A stretch of DNA of 59,248 bases, taken from positions 1-59,248 of the forward strand of contig JAHFDT010000003.1 in assembly GCA_023248875.1 (NCBI GenBank). The letters are read 5' to 3'. Positions within the stretch are counted from its first letter, which is position 1. Every line of letters starts with the position of its first letter. A model generated the notes under the pieces. That model saw nothing but the letters and a program-made list of their open reading frames with translations. It made no database searches and was not told the origin of the DNA. The position numbers and the translations under genes were made by a program. This document shows positions 8,598 through 17,974 of the stretch, one piece after another. This stretch comes from Myxococcales bacterium (GTDB lineage Bacteria; Myxococcota_A; Polyangia; Palsa-1104; SHYY01).

Positions 8598-10181
8598 ATG
8601 AGAGAGCCGCACACCACGCGTTCGGGGACGCCGATCAAGCCGATCTACGGGCCCGCCGATATCGCTCATCTCGATTCCGAGCGCGATTTGGGACAGCCGG
8701 GCCAGTTTCCCTTCGTGCGCGGCATCTACCCCGATATGTACCTCGGCAAACCCTGGACGATGCGTCAGTACGCCGGCTTTGGCACGCCGCGCGATACCAA
8801 CACGCGGTTCAGGTACCTGCTCGAGTCGGGGCAGACCGGCCTTTCGGTGGCGCTCGACTTGCCTACTCAACTTGGACTCGATTCGGATGCGGCCGAGGCG
8901 GCGGGCGAAGTGGGGCGCGTGGGCGTGGCGATCGATTCGCTCGCTGATATGGAGACCATTTTCGAGGGGATCGACCTCGGCAAGGTAACCACTTCCTTCA
9001 CCATCAATGCGACCGCGCCGATCCTGCTGGCGATGTATCAGGCGGTGGCGGTGAAGCGGGGCGTGCCTCGCGAGCGCATCGCCGGCACCGTGCAGAACGA
9101 TCTACTCAAAGAGTTTGGCGCCCGCGGCGCCTGGGTGTTTCCCATCGCACCCTCGATGCGGCTGTGCGTCGACGTGATCGAGTACTGCGCGGCGGAGCTA
9201 CCGCGGTTCAATCCGATTTCGATCGCCTCCCATTTTCGCGATGCGGGAGCGACTCCCGCCGAAGAGATGGCCTACACGCTCGCCGACGGTCTCGCCTACG
9301 TGCGCGCCACGCTGGACCGCGGCCTGGCGATCGACACCTTCGCGCCGCGGCTGAGCTTCTTCTTCTACACCTACGTCAATTTCTTCGAGGAGGTGGCCAA
9401 GTATCGCGCCGGGCGGCGCATTTGGGCTCGCCTCATGCGGGACAAGTTCGGGGCCCAACTACCCGATTCGCAGAAGCTCCGCGCCGCCTGCGTATGCGGC
9501 GGCCATTCGCTCACGCAGGCGGAGCCGCTCAACAACATCGCGCGCACAACCATCGAAACCATGGCGGTGGCCTGCGCGGGACTGCAGTCGGTGTTTACCG
9601 CGGCCTACGACGAGGCCTTTGCCATCCCGACGGAATTGGCGGCACGCACGGCGCTGCGCGTACAGCAGATCGTCGCGCTCGAATCGGATGTCGCGAAGAC
9701 CATCGATCCGTTGGCCGGCTCCTATTTTGTGGAAGCGCTGACCGATGAGATGGAGCGCACCATCACTGCGTTGATGAACGAGATCGAGGAGCGCGGCGGC
9801 ATGGTGCGCTGCCTCGAGGAGGGATGGATCCAGCGGCGCATCGCCCAGCGCGCGTTCGAATATCAGCGTGCGCTCGATGGTGGCAAGGTTCCTGTGGTCG
9901 GCGTCAATGTCCATCGGACGGAGGCGGATGCGGCGCCCGAGATCCACCGCGGCGATGCCAGCGCCGAACGGGAGAAGATCGACGAGCTCAACGCGCTGCG
10001 CGGCCGTCGCAGTGCGACAGCAGTCGCTCGTGCCCTCGATCGCCTCGAGGAGGCAGCGCGTAGCACCGAGAATCTCATGAAGCCCATCTACGAGGCGGTA
10101 GAGGCCTACGCCACGGTCGGTGAGATCGGCGATCGCTTGCGGCGGGTGTTTGGCACCTACACGCCACCGACGGGGTTTTGA
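8598..10181 (+). CDS. B12-dependent acyl-CoA mutase large (substrate-binding) subunit, methylmalonyl-CoA mutase family
   Basis: PGQFPFVRGIYP, WTMRQYAGF, GQTGLSVALDLPTQLG, GTVQNDLLKE, YDEA, DPLAGSYFVE; no B12 domain in this chain. Confidence 0.9.
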   Translation: MREPHTTRSGTPIKPIYGPADIAHLDSERDLGQPGQFPFVRGIYPDMYLGKPWTMRQYAGFGTPRDTNTRFRYLLESGQTGLSVALDLPTQLGLDSDAAEAAGEVGRVGVAIDSLADMETIFEGIDLGKVTTSFTINATAPILLAMYQAVAVKRGVPRERIAGTVQNDLLKEFGARGAWVFPIAPSMRLCVDVIEYCAAELPRFNPISIASHFRDAGATPAEEMAYTLADGLAYVRATLDRGLAIDTFAPRLSFFFYTYVNFFEEVAKYRAGRRIWARLMRDKFGAQLPDSQKLRAACVCGGHSLTQAEPLNNIARTTIETMAVACAGLQSVFTAAYDEAFAIPTELAARTALRVQQIVALESDVAKTIDPLAGSYFVEALTDEMERTITALMNEIEERGGMVRCLEEGWIQRRIAQRAFEYQRALDGGKVPVVGVNVHRTEADAAPEIHRGDASAEREKIDELNALRGRRSATAVARALDRLEEAARSTENLMKPIYEAVEAYATVGEIGDRLRRVFGTYTPPTGF

Positions 10182-10577
10182 TTGAGGCGCGTCCGCGTAC
10201 TGGTAGGAAAACCGGGACTCGATGGGCACGATCGCGGCGCGCGCGTGGTGGCGAGTGCGCTGCGCGACGCGGGCATGGAGGTGATCTATACGGGGCTGCG
10301 CGCCAGTCCGGAAGGGATCGTGAAGACTGCGATCGAAGAGGCGGTGGATGTGATTGGTCTTTCGGTGCTTTCGGGTGCGCACGAGCCGATCGCGGAGAAG
10401 GTGATCGCACTCTTGAAGAAGGAGGAGCTGAAGGTACCGATCGTCATGGGCGGGGTGATCCCGCCTGAGGATCGGGTGCGTTTGAAGGAGCTGGGCGTGG
10501 CGGCGGTGTTCGGGCAGGAGGCAAAGCTGGAGGAGATCGTGGCAGCGGTACGACAGTTGGCAAGCACGAGCACCTAA
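10182..10577 (+). CDS. Cobalamin-binding small subunit of the mutase
   Basis: KPGLDGHDRG (DxHxxG), GLSVLSGAH, MGGVIP; TTG start directly after upstream stop. Confidence 0.92.
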   Translation: MRRVRVLVGKPGLDGHDRGARVVASALRDAGMEVIYTGLRASPEGIVKTAIEEAVDVIGLSVLSGAHEPIAEKVIALLKKEELKVPIVMGGVIPPEDRVRLKELGVAAVFGQEAKLEEIVAAVRQLASTST

Positions 10578-10591
10578 CGAGGAGGCCACCT

Positions 10592-11515
10592 ATGAGCATT
10601 CAGAGCATTGCAGTAGTCGGTGCAGGGGCCATGGGGAAGGGGATCGCCGAAGTGGCAGCAGCGAGTGGGATCACCACGACGCTGGTCAAGGCGACGCCCG
10701 GATTGCTGGATGAGCCGCGGCGTGCGGTCGCCGCTTCGCTTGACCGTGCGGTCAAGCGCGGCAAACTCGATCCCGTACGCCGCGATGAAACGCTGGGCCG
10801 CATTGCCTTTACCCATGACCTCGAGGCCGTCGCCAGCGCTGATCTGGTGATCGAATCGGTGGTCGAAGAGCTTCCCATCAAACAGCAGCTGTTCGTAGAA
10901 CTCGAGCGGCTGGCGATGGCCGATGCGGTTCTGGCGACCAATACCTCATCGCTTCGTGTGGCCCAGATCGGTGAGCGGCTGGAGCGCAGCGGCCGACTTC
11001 TCGGGCTCCACTTTTTTTCCCCGGTTCCAGTGATGAAGTTGGTGGAGATCGCGCTGACCCGCGAGACTGCGCCCTTTGCCGTCGAACGCACCCACAAGTT
11101 TGTTCAGGCGATCGGGAAGACTCCCGTCCTGGTCGGCGATAGTTCGGGCTACATCGTCAACCGACTGCTCGTCCCCTACCTCCTCGATGGCATTGCCGCG
11201 CTCGAAGCGCGCGTGGCTTCGGCCGCCGATATCGATACCGCGATGAAGCTCGGCTGCGGCCATCCCATGGGACCGCTCGGGCTGGCCGACGCCATCGGCA
11301 TCGATATCGTCTATGCGATGGCGCGCACGCTCTACCGCGAATTCAACGATCCGCGCTATTCGCCGCCTGCCCTGCTGCGGCGCCTGGTGCTGGCCGGCCA
11401 CCTCGGAAAAAAGAGCGGGCTGGGGGTCTATGACTATTCGGCCGACCCTGCACTGGAGAACCCGGCTCTTCACGCCTTTCCGGTCGAGGAATCAGAGGAG
11501 GACTTTCGCTCGTGA
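10592..11515 (+). CDS. hbd: 3-hydroxybutyryl-CoA / 3-hydroxyacyl-CoA dehydrogenase
   Basis: GAGAMG Rossmann motif, TNTSSL, GLHFFSPVPVM, GHPMGPL. Confidence 0.9.
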   Translation: MSIQSIAVVGAGAMGKGIAEVAAASGITTTLVKATPGLLDEPRRAVAASLDRAVKRGKLDPVRRDETLGRIAFTHDLEAVASADLVIESVVEELPIKQQLFVELERLAMADAVLATNTSSLRVAQIGERLERSGRLLGLHFFSPVPVMKLVEIALTRETAPFAVERTHKFVQAIGKTPVLVGDSSGYIVNRLLVPYLLDGIAALEARVASAADIDTAMKLGCGHPMGPLGLADAIGIDIVYAMARTLYREFNDPRYSPPALLRRLVLAGHLGKKSGLGVYDYSADPALENPALHAFPVEESEEDFRS

Positions 11516-11943
11516 AGATTCTGGGCATCGACCACGTCGCGGTGTGTGTGCCTGATGTGGGCGACGCATCGGAGCTGTGGCGCAGCCTGCTGGGTCTCGC
11601 CGGCGGACCCCGTGAGGTGGTCGAAGCACAAAAGACCGAAGCCGCCTTCTTGCTCACGCCCGAAGAGGCGGGGGCCTGCGTGGAGCTGATCGCACCGGCG
11701 GGCGGTAACCCCGGCCTCGAGAAATTTCTCGAGCGGCGTGGCGGGCTGCACCATATTGCATTCACCGTCGAAGATCTGGCGGGCGCGCTGCATGAACTCG
11801 ATGAGCGGGGGGTGCAGCTCATCGACAGGGTCCCCCGGCCCGGCGCGCGGGGCCACACGGTTGGATTCCTGCATCCCTCGGCGTGCGGTGGCACACTCAT
11901 CGAATTGGTGGAACATGCCCAGGTTAGAGGATTGGAGAGATGA
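11512..11943 (+). CDS. mce: Methylmalonyl-/ethylmalonyl-CoA epimerase (VOC fold)
   Basis: IDHVAVCV, GGLHHIAF, FLHPSACGGTLIELVE. Confidence 0.88.
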   Translation: MKILGIDHVAVCVPDVGDASELWRSLLGLAGGPREVVEAQKTEAAFLLTPEEAGACVELIAPAGGNPGLEKFLERRGGLHHIAFTVEDLAGALHELDERGVQLIDRVPRPGARGHTVGFLHPSACGGTLIELVEHAQVRGLER

Positions 11944-13128
11944 ATGAATCGCATTGAGCTGGGAACGGTTCCTACCCCCCTCGGCGAGCTGCCGGAGAGC
12001 ATGTTGGCTTGCACGATTCGCAAAGAGCGGGAAGGCGAGCCGGCGAAATCGATGCAGATCGAGGAGGTGCCGATCCCTGAGATCGGTGCCAACGAAGCGC
12101 TCGTGCTGGTGATGGCGGCCGGGGTCAACTTCAATGGCGTGTGGGCCGCGCAGGGCAAACCGATTTCGGTCTTCCGTATGCACAAAGATCCGTTCCATAT
12201 CGCCGGCAGTGATGCGGCGGGGATCGTCTGGAAGGTGGGCAGCGATGTGCGGCGCTGGAAGCCGGGCGACGAGGTGGTGGTCCACTGCAACCAGTCGTGC
12301 GGCCAGTGCCCCGAGTGCAACGGGCTCGATCCGATGGCCTGCTCCGAGCAAAAGATCTGGGGCTACGAGACCAACTGGGGATCGTTTGCGCAGTTTACCA
12401 AGGTGCAGGCGCAGCAGCTCGTGCGCAAACCGAAGCAGCTTGGCTGGATCGAGTCAGCCAGCTATGGACTCACCTACTTTACCGCCTATCGCATGCTGGT
12501 CGACCGCGCGGAGGTGAAGCCGGGCGACCACGTGCTGGTGTGGGGAGCGGCGGGCGGTCTCGGCATTTTCGCGGTGCAGCTCTGCCGCCTGATGGGGGCG
12601 CATCCCGTTGCGGTAGTCTCCTCGGCGAGCAAAGCGGAGCTGGTGCGGAAACTGGGCGCCAACTTGGTGATCAATCGTCGCGAGTATGATTTCGTGCGGC
12701 GGCCTGACGATACTCCCGAGTTGGCCAAGCATCGCCAGGCCGAGCTCAAGCGCTTCGGCGGCGAGATCCGGCGGCTCACCCAGGGCAAAGATCCCGATAT
12801 CGTGTTCGAACATGTGGGGCGGGAGACCTTTTCCTCGTCGGTGTTTCTCGCCAAGCGCTTTGGCAAGATCGTGATCTGCGGTGCCACTTCCGGCTATGAG
12901 CTCGATTTCGACGTGCGCCATCTGTGGATGCGGCAGAAGTCGATCATCGGCTCCCATTTTGCCAACGCCTATCAGGCGGAGCGCGCCAACGAGCTCATTC
13001 TCGATGGGCGAATCAGACCGGTCCTCGATCAGGTGTTCGAGTTTCACGACACGCCGCAGGCGCACCAACTCATGAAAGAAAACCGCCACCAGGGCAAGCT
13101 AGCGATCCGGATCCAGGCGCCGAAGTAG
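11944..13128 (+). CDS. ccr: Crotonyl-CoA carboxylase/reductase
   Basis: VMAAGVNFNGVW, HIAGSD, IWGYETNWGSFAQF, LWMRQKSIIGSHFAN. Confidence 0.93.
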   Translation: MNRIELGTVPTPLGELPESMLACTIRKEREGEPAKSMQIEEVPIPEIGANEALVLVMAAGVNFNGVWAAQGKPISVFRMHKDPFHIAGSDAAGIVWKVGSDVRRWKPGDEVVVHCNQSCGQCPECNGLDPMACSEQKIWGYETNWGSFAQFTKVQAQQLVRKPKQLGWIESASYGLTYFTAYRMLVDRAEVKPGDHVLVWGAAGGLGIFAVQLCRLMGAHPVAVVSSASKAELVRKLGANLVINRREYDFVRRPDDTPELAKHRQAELKRFGGEIRRLTQGKDPDIVFEHVGRETFSSSVFLAKRFGKIVICGATSGYELDFDVRHLWMRQKSIIGSHFANAYQAERANELILDGRIRPVLDQVFEFHDTPQAHQLMKENRHQGKLAIRIQAPK

Positions 13129-13164
13129 TCGACGAACTCGGTGAAAGTAATGGTGCGCCTTTAA

Positions 13165-13195
13165 AATGTAGCTACTTCGACGTATAATGTAGCTA
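13165..13195 (+). promoter_or_regulatory. TA promoter/operator: TATAAT plus repeated AATGTAGCTA
   Basis: AATGTAGCTA at 13165-13174 and 13186-13195 (palindromic GTAGCTAC core in copy 1); TATAAT 13183-13188, 6 nt before the ATG. Confidence 0.7.
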
Positions 13196-13482
13196 TGTCG
13201 CGACGAACCAATACTCGCGCCGTTGGCGTGAAGGATCTGAAGAACCGGCTCAGCGAGGTGCTGCGCCGAGTGCGCAAGGGCGAGGCTGTCACCGTCACCG
13301 ATCGCAGTCGGCCTGTCGCCATCCTGGTGCCGCTACCTGCCGGCGATCGCAGCGACACGGTTCGCGAACTGGTGCGCGCAGGCCGGCTCGCCTGGGCGGG
13401 GAGTAAGCCGACCGGATCGGCTCATCCTTCTTCGCTCAGCGGCCCTTCCGTCTCTGACGCGGTGGTCGAGGATCGTCGGTGA
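13195..13482 (+). CDS. Phd/YefM-family antitoxin
   Basis: VGVKDLKNRLSEVLRRVRKGEAVTVTDRSRPVAILVP; overlaps PIN toxin start. Confidence 0.9.
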   Translation: MSRRTNTRAVGVKDLKNRLSEVLRRVRKGEAVTVTDRSRPVAILVPLPAGDRSDTVRELVRAGRLAWAGSKPTGSAHPSSLSGPSVSDAVVEDRR

Positions 13483-13901
13483 CGGTCTATTTCGACACCA
13501 GTGCACTCGTGAAGCTGTACGTGCGCGAAGTGGGTTCTCGAAGGGTCCGCGATTGGATGGGTCGAGCGACGATGGCGGCATCATCGCGGGGGGCCTACCC
13601 TGAGGCAAGGGCCGCGTTCGCTCGCCGTCACCGAGAAGGGGGCCTTTCTGTCGCCGGCTTGCGCAGGGCGGTCATAGACTTGGATCGGGATATGGGTTCG
13701 TTCGTTACCGTTGAGTTGGCGCACTCTGTCGCTCGCAGGGCAGGAGAGCTCGCCGAACGGCACGCGCTGCGCGGGTTCGATGCAATTCATCTTGCGAGCG
13801 CTCTCGAGCTAGGCCACCTACTGGGAGAGGGACCGACTTTTCTCGCGTTTGATGAGCGGCTTGTTAGGGCAGCAGCGGCAGAGGAGCTCAGGGTGGGGTG
13901 A
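13479..13901 (+). CDS. vapC: VapC/PIN-domain toxin
   Basis: YFDTSALVK, LRGFDAIHLASA, FDERL. Confidence 0.9.
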   Translation: MTVYFDTSALVKLYVREVGSRRVRDWMGRATMAASSRGAYPEARAAFARRHREGGLSVAGLRRAVIDLDRDMGSFVTVELAHSVARRAGELAERHALRGFDAIHLASALELGHLLGEGPTFLAFDERLVRAAAAEELRVG

Positions 13902-13942
13902 GCGGTGTCGGTCCGTCAGCATCAGTGGTATACTCGCTTGCC

Positions 13943-15091
13943 ATGCGGCGAGTTCTCGCTCAAATTGTCGGTTTACTGTTACTCGGGAGTGCTAGCGCCT
14001 ACGCGGGCGGCTCCTGTTTGCCATCGCGGCTGATGTTGGTGATCGACAAGTCGTCGAGCATGCTCGGCCTCATCAATGGCACCAATACCAGCAAATGGTC
14101 GGCGGCGCGCGATGCGGTCAAGATGCTCACTACGAAGTATGAGAATCAGATCGATCTCGGACTGATGATTTTTCCCCAGCCCGATAAGTGCGGCCCCGGC
14201 ACGGTGCTGGTGGAGATGGCCTCTGGCAACAGCGCTAAGATCGAAGCACAGATGAAGAGCGAACCGCCTTCCAAGGGCAACTACACGCCGATGTCGCAGT
14301 CGATCGACGCGGCCATCGAAGATCCGCTGCTGGGGGACTCGGCGCGCAAGCCTTCGATTCTTCTCGTGACCGATGGCTGGCAATGGTGCTCACCGTATGA
14401 TTCGTCCACTCGCTTCTGGCCGGTGGAGTCGGTGATGACTGCGCACGATCTCGGAATCAACGTCTATGTGGTGGGATTTGGTTCGGATGTCGATGTGCTG
14501 ACGCTCAACAAGATGGCGCATGTTTCGGGCACAGAGATCAAGGGCTGCGATCCCAAGGGATCGATGCTGAGCTCGCCCAACAAGTGCTACTACCAGGTCG
14601 ACGACCTGCCTTCGCTCACGACCGCTTTGGACCAGATTGGCCTCATGGTGTCGGCGGAAGTGTGCGACGGCGCGGATAACAACTGCGATGGCCAGGTGGA
14701 TGAGAATCTGCAACGCACGTGCGTCAGTGCCTGCGGTAGCGGGATGGAGACCTGCGACAAGGGTACCTGGCTGGGCTGTTCGGCGCTGCTGCCCACCATG
14801 GAGGTTTGCAACGGCAAGGACGACGATTGCAACAACATCGTCGACGATCCCACTTTGGTGAAGTGCCCCGAGGGACAGAAGTGTGAGGAGGGGCAGTGCG
14901 TACCCACGGTGAAGGCCGATCTCGGGGTGGAGCCCGATATGTCCATCAAGCATCTGGAGGCGCCGGTCGCCGATGTGCCGGCGGGCTGTGGCTGCGTGCT
15001 CGGAGGGCGAGGCGCGGGTCGGATGGGGACGCTGCTCCTCGGCGTGGGGCTCGCGCTTCTTCTGTCGCGGCGGCGCCTCCCGGTTGCGTGA
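13943..15091 (+). CDS. Secreted vWA-domain protein with Cys-rich EVCDG/EVCNG repeats and MYXO-CTERM-type tail
   Basis: Signal peptide; MIDAS DKSSSM, TP, TDG; EVCDGADNNCDGQVDE and EVCNGKDDDCNNIVDD; GCGC...LALLLSRRR. Confidence 0.85.
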   Translation: MRRVLAQIVGLLLLGSASAYAGGSCLPSRLMLVIDKSSSMLGLINGTNTSKWSAARDAVKMLTTKYENQIDLGLMIFPQPDKCGPGTVLVEMASGNSAKIEAQMKSEPPSKGNYTPMSQSIDAAIEDPLLGDSARKPSILLVTDGWQWCSPYDSSTRFWPVESVMTAHDLGINVYVVGFGSDVDVLTLNKMAHVSGTEIKGCDPKGSMLSSPNKCYYQVDDLPSLTTALDQIGLMVSAEVCDGADNNCDGQVDENLQRTCVSACGSGMETCDKGTWLGCSALLPTMEVCNGKDDDCNNIVDDPTLVKCPEGQKCEEGQCVPTVKADLGVEPDMSIKHLEAPVADVPAGCGCVLGGRGAGRMGTLLLGVGLALLLSRRRLPVA

Positions 15092-15118
15092 GGTCGGGAA
15101 TTCACCGATAGTCCGCGC

Positions 15119-16447
15119 ATGGCCGAAATCGCTCCGTTCCGCGGCATTCTCTACGCACCGTCGGCAGGCGATCCGTCACAGCTCTTGGCGCCGCCCTACG
15201 ATGTGATCTCTGACGAGGAGCGGCGGGCTTTGGAGGCACGCGATCCACACAATTGTGTTCGCCTGATACTGCCCCAGCCCGAGCCGGGGGAGGAGGACGA
15301 TTCCAAGTACTCGCGTGCGGCAACGACGCTCAAGAGCTGGATCGACGACAAGACGCTGCAGCGCGATGCGGAGCCGGCACTGTATCGCTACCACCAGGAG
15401 TTTTCAGTCGATAACGTTCCAGTGGTGCGCAAAGGCTTTATCGCGCGCATTCGGTTGGCTCGCTTCGACGAGGGCGTCGTGCTACCGCACGAGCGGACGC
15501 TATCGGGCCCCAAGGTGGACCGGCTCAAGCTCATGCGTGCGTCCCGTACACACTTTTCTCAGATCTTCGGGCTCTACTCCGATAAGGATCGCAAAACGGA
15601 CGAGCCGTTTGCGAGCCTGGAGAAGACTCCGCCGGCGCTGGTTGGCAGCACCAGCGATGGCGTGACGCATCGGCTGTGGCGTCTGACCGATCGGGCGGCC
15701 ATCGCAGAGGTGGCACGCTTTCTCCAGGGCGAAAAGGTCTACATCGCGGATGGCCACCACCGCTACGAAACGATGTTGGCGTTGCGGGAGGAGCTGCGGC
15801 CCGGCATAAGGCCCGAGGTCGGCGCTCGCTCAGCGGCCGAATATGGCGTGATGTTCTTCTGCAATCTCGATGATCCCGGACTGGTGGTATTCGCTACCCA
15901 TCGAGTTTTGTATGGGCTTCCCACGTTCGACCGTGCTTCATTCCTTCAGCGGTCGCGCGAGTTTTTTACGGTCACGGAAGGGCCGATGGCCGACCCGGCG
16001 GTGGTCAAGCGTGCCCTCGGGGGCTATGTCAAGCGCGGCCCCACGGTGGCGCTGGTCTGCCCAGGCCACGATCGCATCGCCTATCTGCGGGTGCGGGGCG
16101 ATCTGATTGTTTCCAGTGTCCCGGCGATGGCGGGACCGAAGGTGCTGGCCGAGCTAGATGTCGCGCTGCTCCATGGACTGGTGTTCGAAACGCTGCTCGG
16201 GATCGATCGCGCCGCCCAGGAAAAGCAGACTCACTTGCGCTACGTCAAGGATTGGCAGAAGGCCTTCGCAGAACTTTCTCAGCCGGGTGTGCAAGGGGTA
16301 TTCTTGATGAATCCCACGCCCGTGAAACAGGTAAAAGCCGTCGCCGACGCGGGCGAAGTGATGCCACAAAAGTCGACCTTCTTCTACCCCAAGATCGCCT
16401 CCGGCCTGGTGATCAATCCGATCGACCCCAACGAAATCGTGGAATGA
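15119..16447 (+). CDS. DUF1015 family protein
   Basis: APPYDVI, VLPHERT, IADGHHRYET, MPQKSTFFYPK. Confidence 0.9.
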   Translation: MAEIAPFRGILYAPSAGDPSQLLAPPYDVISDEERRALEARDPHNCVRLILPQPEPGEEDDSKYSRAATTLKSWIDDKTLQRDAEPALYRYHQEFSVDNVPVVRKGFIARIRLARFDEGVVLPHERTLSGPKVDRLKLMRASRTHFSQIFGLYSDKDRKTDEPFASLEKTPPALVGSTSDGVTHRLWRLTDRAAIAEVARFLQGEKVYIADGHHRYETMLALREELRPGIRPEVGARSAAEYGVMFFCNLDDPGLVVFATHRVLYGLPTFDRASFLQRSREFFTVTEGPMADPAVVKRALGGYVKRGPTVALVCPGHDRIAYLRVRGDLIVSSVPAMAGPKVLAELDVALLHGLVFETLLGIDRAAQEKQTHLRYVKDWQKAFAELSQPGVQGVFLMNPTPVKQVKAVADAGEVMPQKSTFFYPKIASGLVINPIDPNEIVE

Positions 16448-17184
16448 CTTCTGCCCAGGCGACGTGCGATGAGATTTTGCGCGGTCGCCTCCGGCTCTGG
16501 CAGCCGAGTCTCGGCTATCGCTTCAACGTCGATTCGCTACTCTTGGTGGACTTTGCCGCCCAGGGAACGCAGGTGGCGCGAGTCGTCGACCTCTGCGCGG
16601 GCGTGGGCGTGATCGGGCTGGCGCTGGCGGTACGCTGGCCCGAGGCGCGGGTGACTCTGGCTGAACTGCAGACGGAGATGGCCGGGCTGGCGCGCCGCAA
16701 TATCGAGGAGAATCGCCTCGCGGAACGGGCCGACCTCGTGCAAACCGATCTGGCGAACCGTGCGGCTGCCCGCGCTGCGCTCCCGGGTGCCTCGTTCGAC
16801 CTCGCGCTGGCCAGCCCGCCCTATTTTTCTCCCTCGGCGGGGCCGCCCGTGTCGCTCGAGGGGGAGGCGATCGCGCGCCATGAGCTTCGGATCGATATTG
16901 CTACACTGGCGCAGGAGATGCGACGGTTGCTCGTGCCCGGCGGCCGATCGCTCGTGGTTTTTCCCTCGGAGCGGCTGGTGGCGCTACTGGCGGCCTTCGC
17001 GGGGGCAAGGCTGCAACCGCTTCGGCTGCGCTTCGTCTACCCGCGGCCGGGCAGTACCGCGAGCCGAGTACTGGTCGAAGCTCAGAAGGGGAGCCGAGGC
17101 CCGCTCGTCGTGGAACCGCCGCTGCTGGTTCGCGATGAGAAGGGGCACTACACCGAGGAGGCGCGCCGCGCGCTGGGAGATTAG
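16444..17184 (+). CDS. tRNA1(Val) adenine(37)-N6-methyltransferase-like SAM methyltransferase
   Basis: GYRFNVDSLLL, DLCAGVG, SPPYF, IARHE; ATGA overlap with upstream gene. Confidence 0.85.
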   Translation: MTSAQATCDEILRGRLRLWQPSLGYRFNVDSLLLVDFAAQGTQVARVVDLCAGVGVIGLALAVRWPEARVTLAELQTEMAGLARRNIEENRLAERADLVQTDLANRAAARAALPGASFDLALASPPYFSPSAGPPVSLEGEAIARHELRIDIATLAQEMRRLLVPGGRSLVVFPSERLVALLAAFAGARLQPLRLRFVYPRPGSTASRVLVEAQKGSRGPLVVEPPLLVRDEKGHYTEEARRALGD

Positions 17185-17185
17185 G

Positions 17186-17935
17186 TTATGGCTGTATCAG
17201 CTCCTCTTGCTCCTGGGGATGCGTCCCACGTCCTCGCACGTTTCGGCGCGGTTCGGGCACGGGCTCCGGGGCCGTCGGCGCATAGTAGACCGGTGCAGTA
17301 TTGTAGCTGGGTGGTGGGGGCGCAGTGTAGACCGGGGCAGGCGGCGGGTTCGTATATGCGGGTGCGGAGGGTGCGGCGGCGGGGCGCTCATACACGACGC
17401 GCGGCGCACGTCCTCCGGTGGCCGCCAGGACGCTGATGGAGCGGTTGGCAACGGCGTTGAGGCTCGCCGCCGCGGTGGTGAGGGGACCCGGCTCATCGAG
17501 CAGATGGGTCAAGCTGCAGATCAGCGTGGCGAAGCCGCGGCCGGTGGTCGAATTGGCGCTGAGGGAGAGGTCGACTGCGGCCGAGTCGATTTCGAAACCG
17601 AGGTGGGTCAGACGGATCGTCGAATTGGTCACGGCCATCGACTCGCAGACGCCCTCGACATCCGACAGGCGCATGGCCACGCTGGGGATCGTTTGCGTCG
17701 CCCGTCCGACACTCGCCGTGAGCGGACCGCTCAGCGAGAGCTCGCCGTTTCGGACTTCGCTTTTGCGCAGGTGAAGCACGAAGGTACCGGAGTTGGCTCC
17801 GCCGATCTCGATCACTCCACTGATGGTCCCAGCGTCGCCACTCAGTACCACTTCCGATAGTGCCGCACGGGGCTCGGCTGCTGCCGGCGCGCACAGTGCG
17901 AAAACCAGTGCTGCGATTGAGACTGACCGTTCCAT
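17186..17935 (-). CDS. Secreted hypothetical protein with Pro/Tyr-rich tail
   Basis: Signal peptide MERSVSIAALVFALCAPAAA; two-Cys domain; repeated PxY(T/N)xP tail. Confidence 0.7.
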   Translation of the reverse strand: MERSVSIAALVFALCAPAAAEPRAALSEVVLSGDAGTISGVIEIGGANSGTFVLHLRKSEVRNGELSLSGPLTASVGRATQTIPSVAMRLSDVEGVCESMAVTNSTIRLTHLGFEIDSAAVDLSLSANSTTGRGFATLICSLTHLLDEPGPLTTAAASLNAVANRSISVLAATGGRAPRVVYERPAAAPSAPAYTNPPPAPVYTAPPPPSYNTAPVYYAPTAPEPVPEPRRNVRGRGTHPQEQEELIQP

Positions 17936-17974
17936 GGTCCTCCTTTGGCCCTTCCTCAAGTGGAAGTGCATGGG

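Noticed and set aside
8598-10181. Gene symbol ecm or mcm for the mutase
   Set aside because: Active-site motifs match neither as I recall them; left unnamed.
13943-15091. CglB adhesin
   Set aside because: Has a vWA domain but a cleavable signal plus C-terminal sorting tail rather than a lipobox, and is not in the glt cluster.
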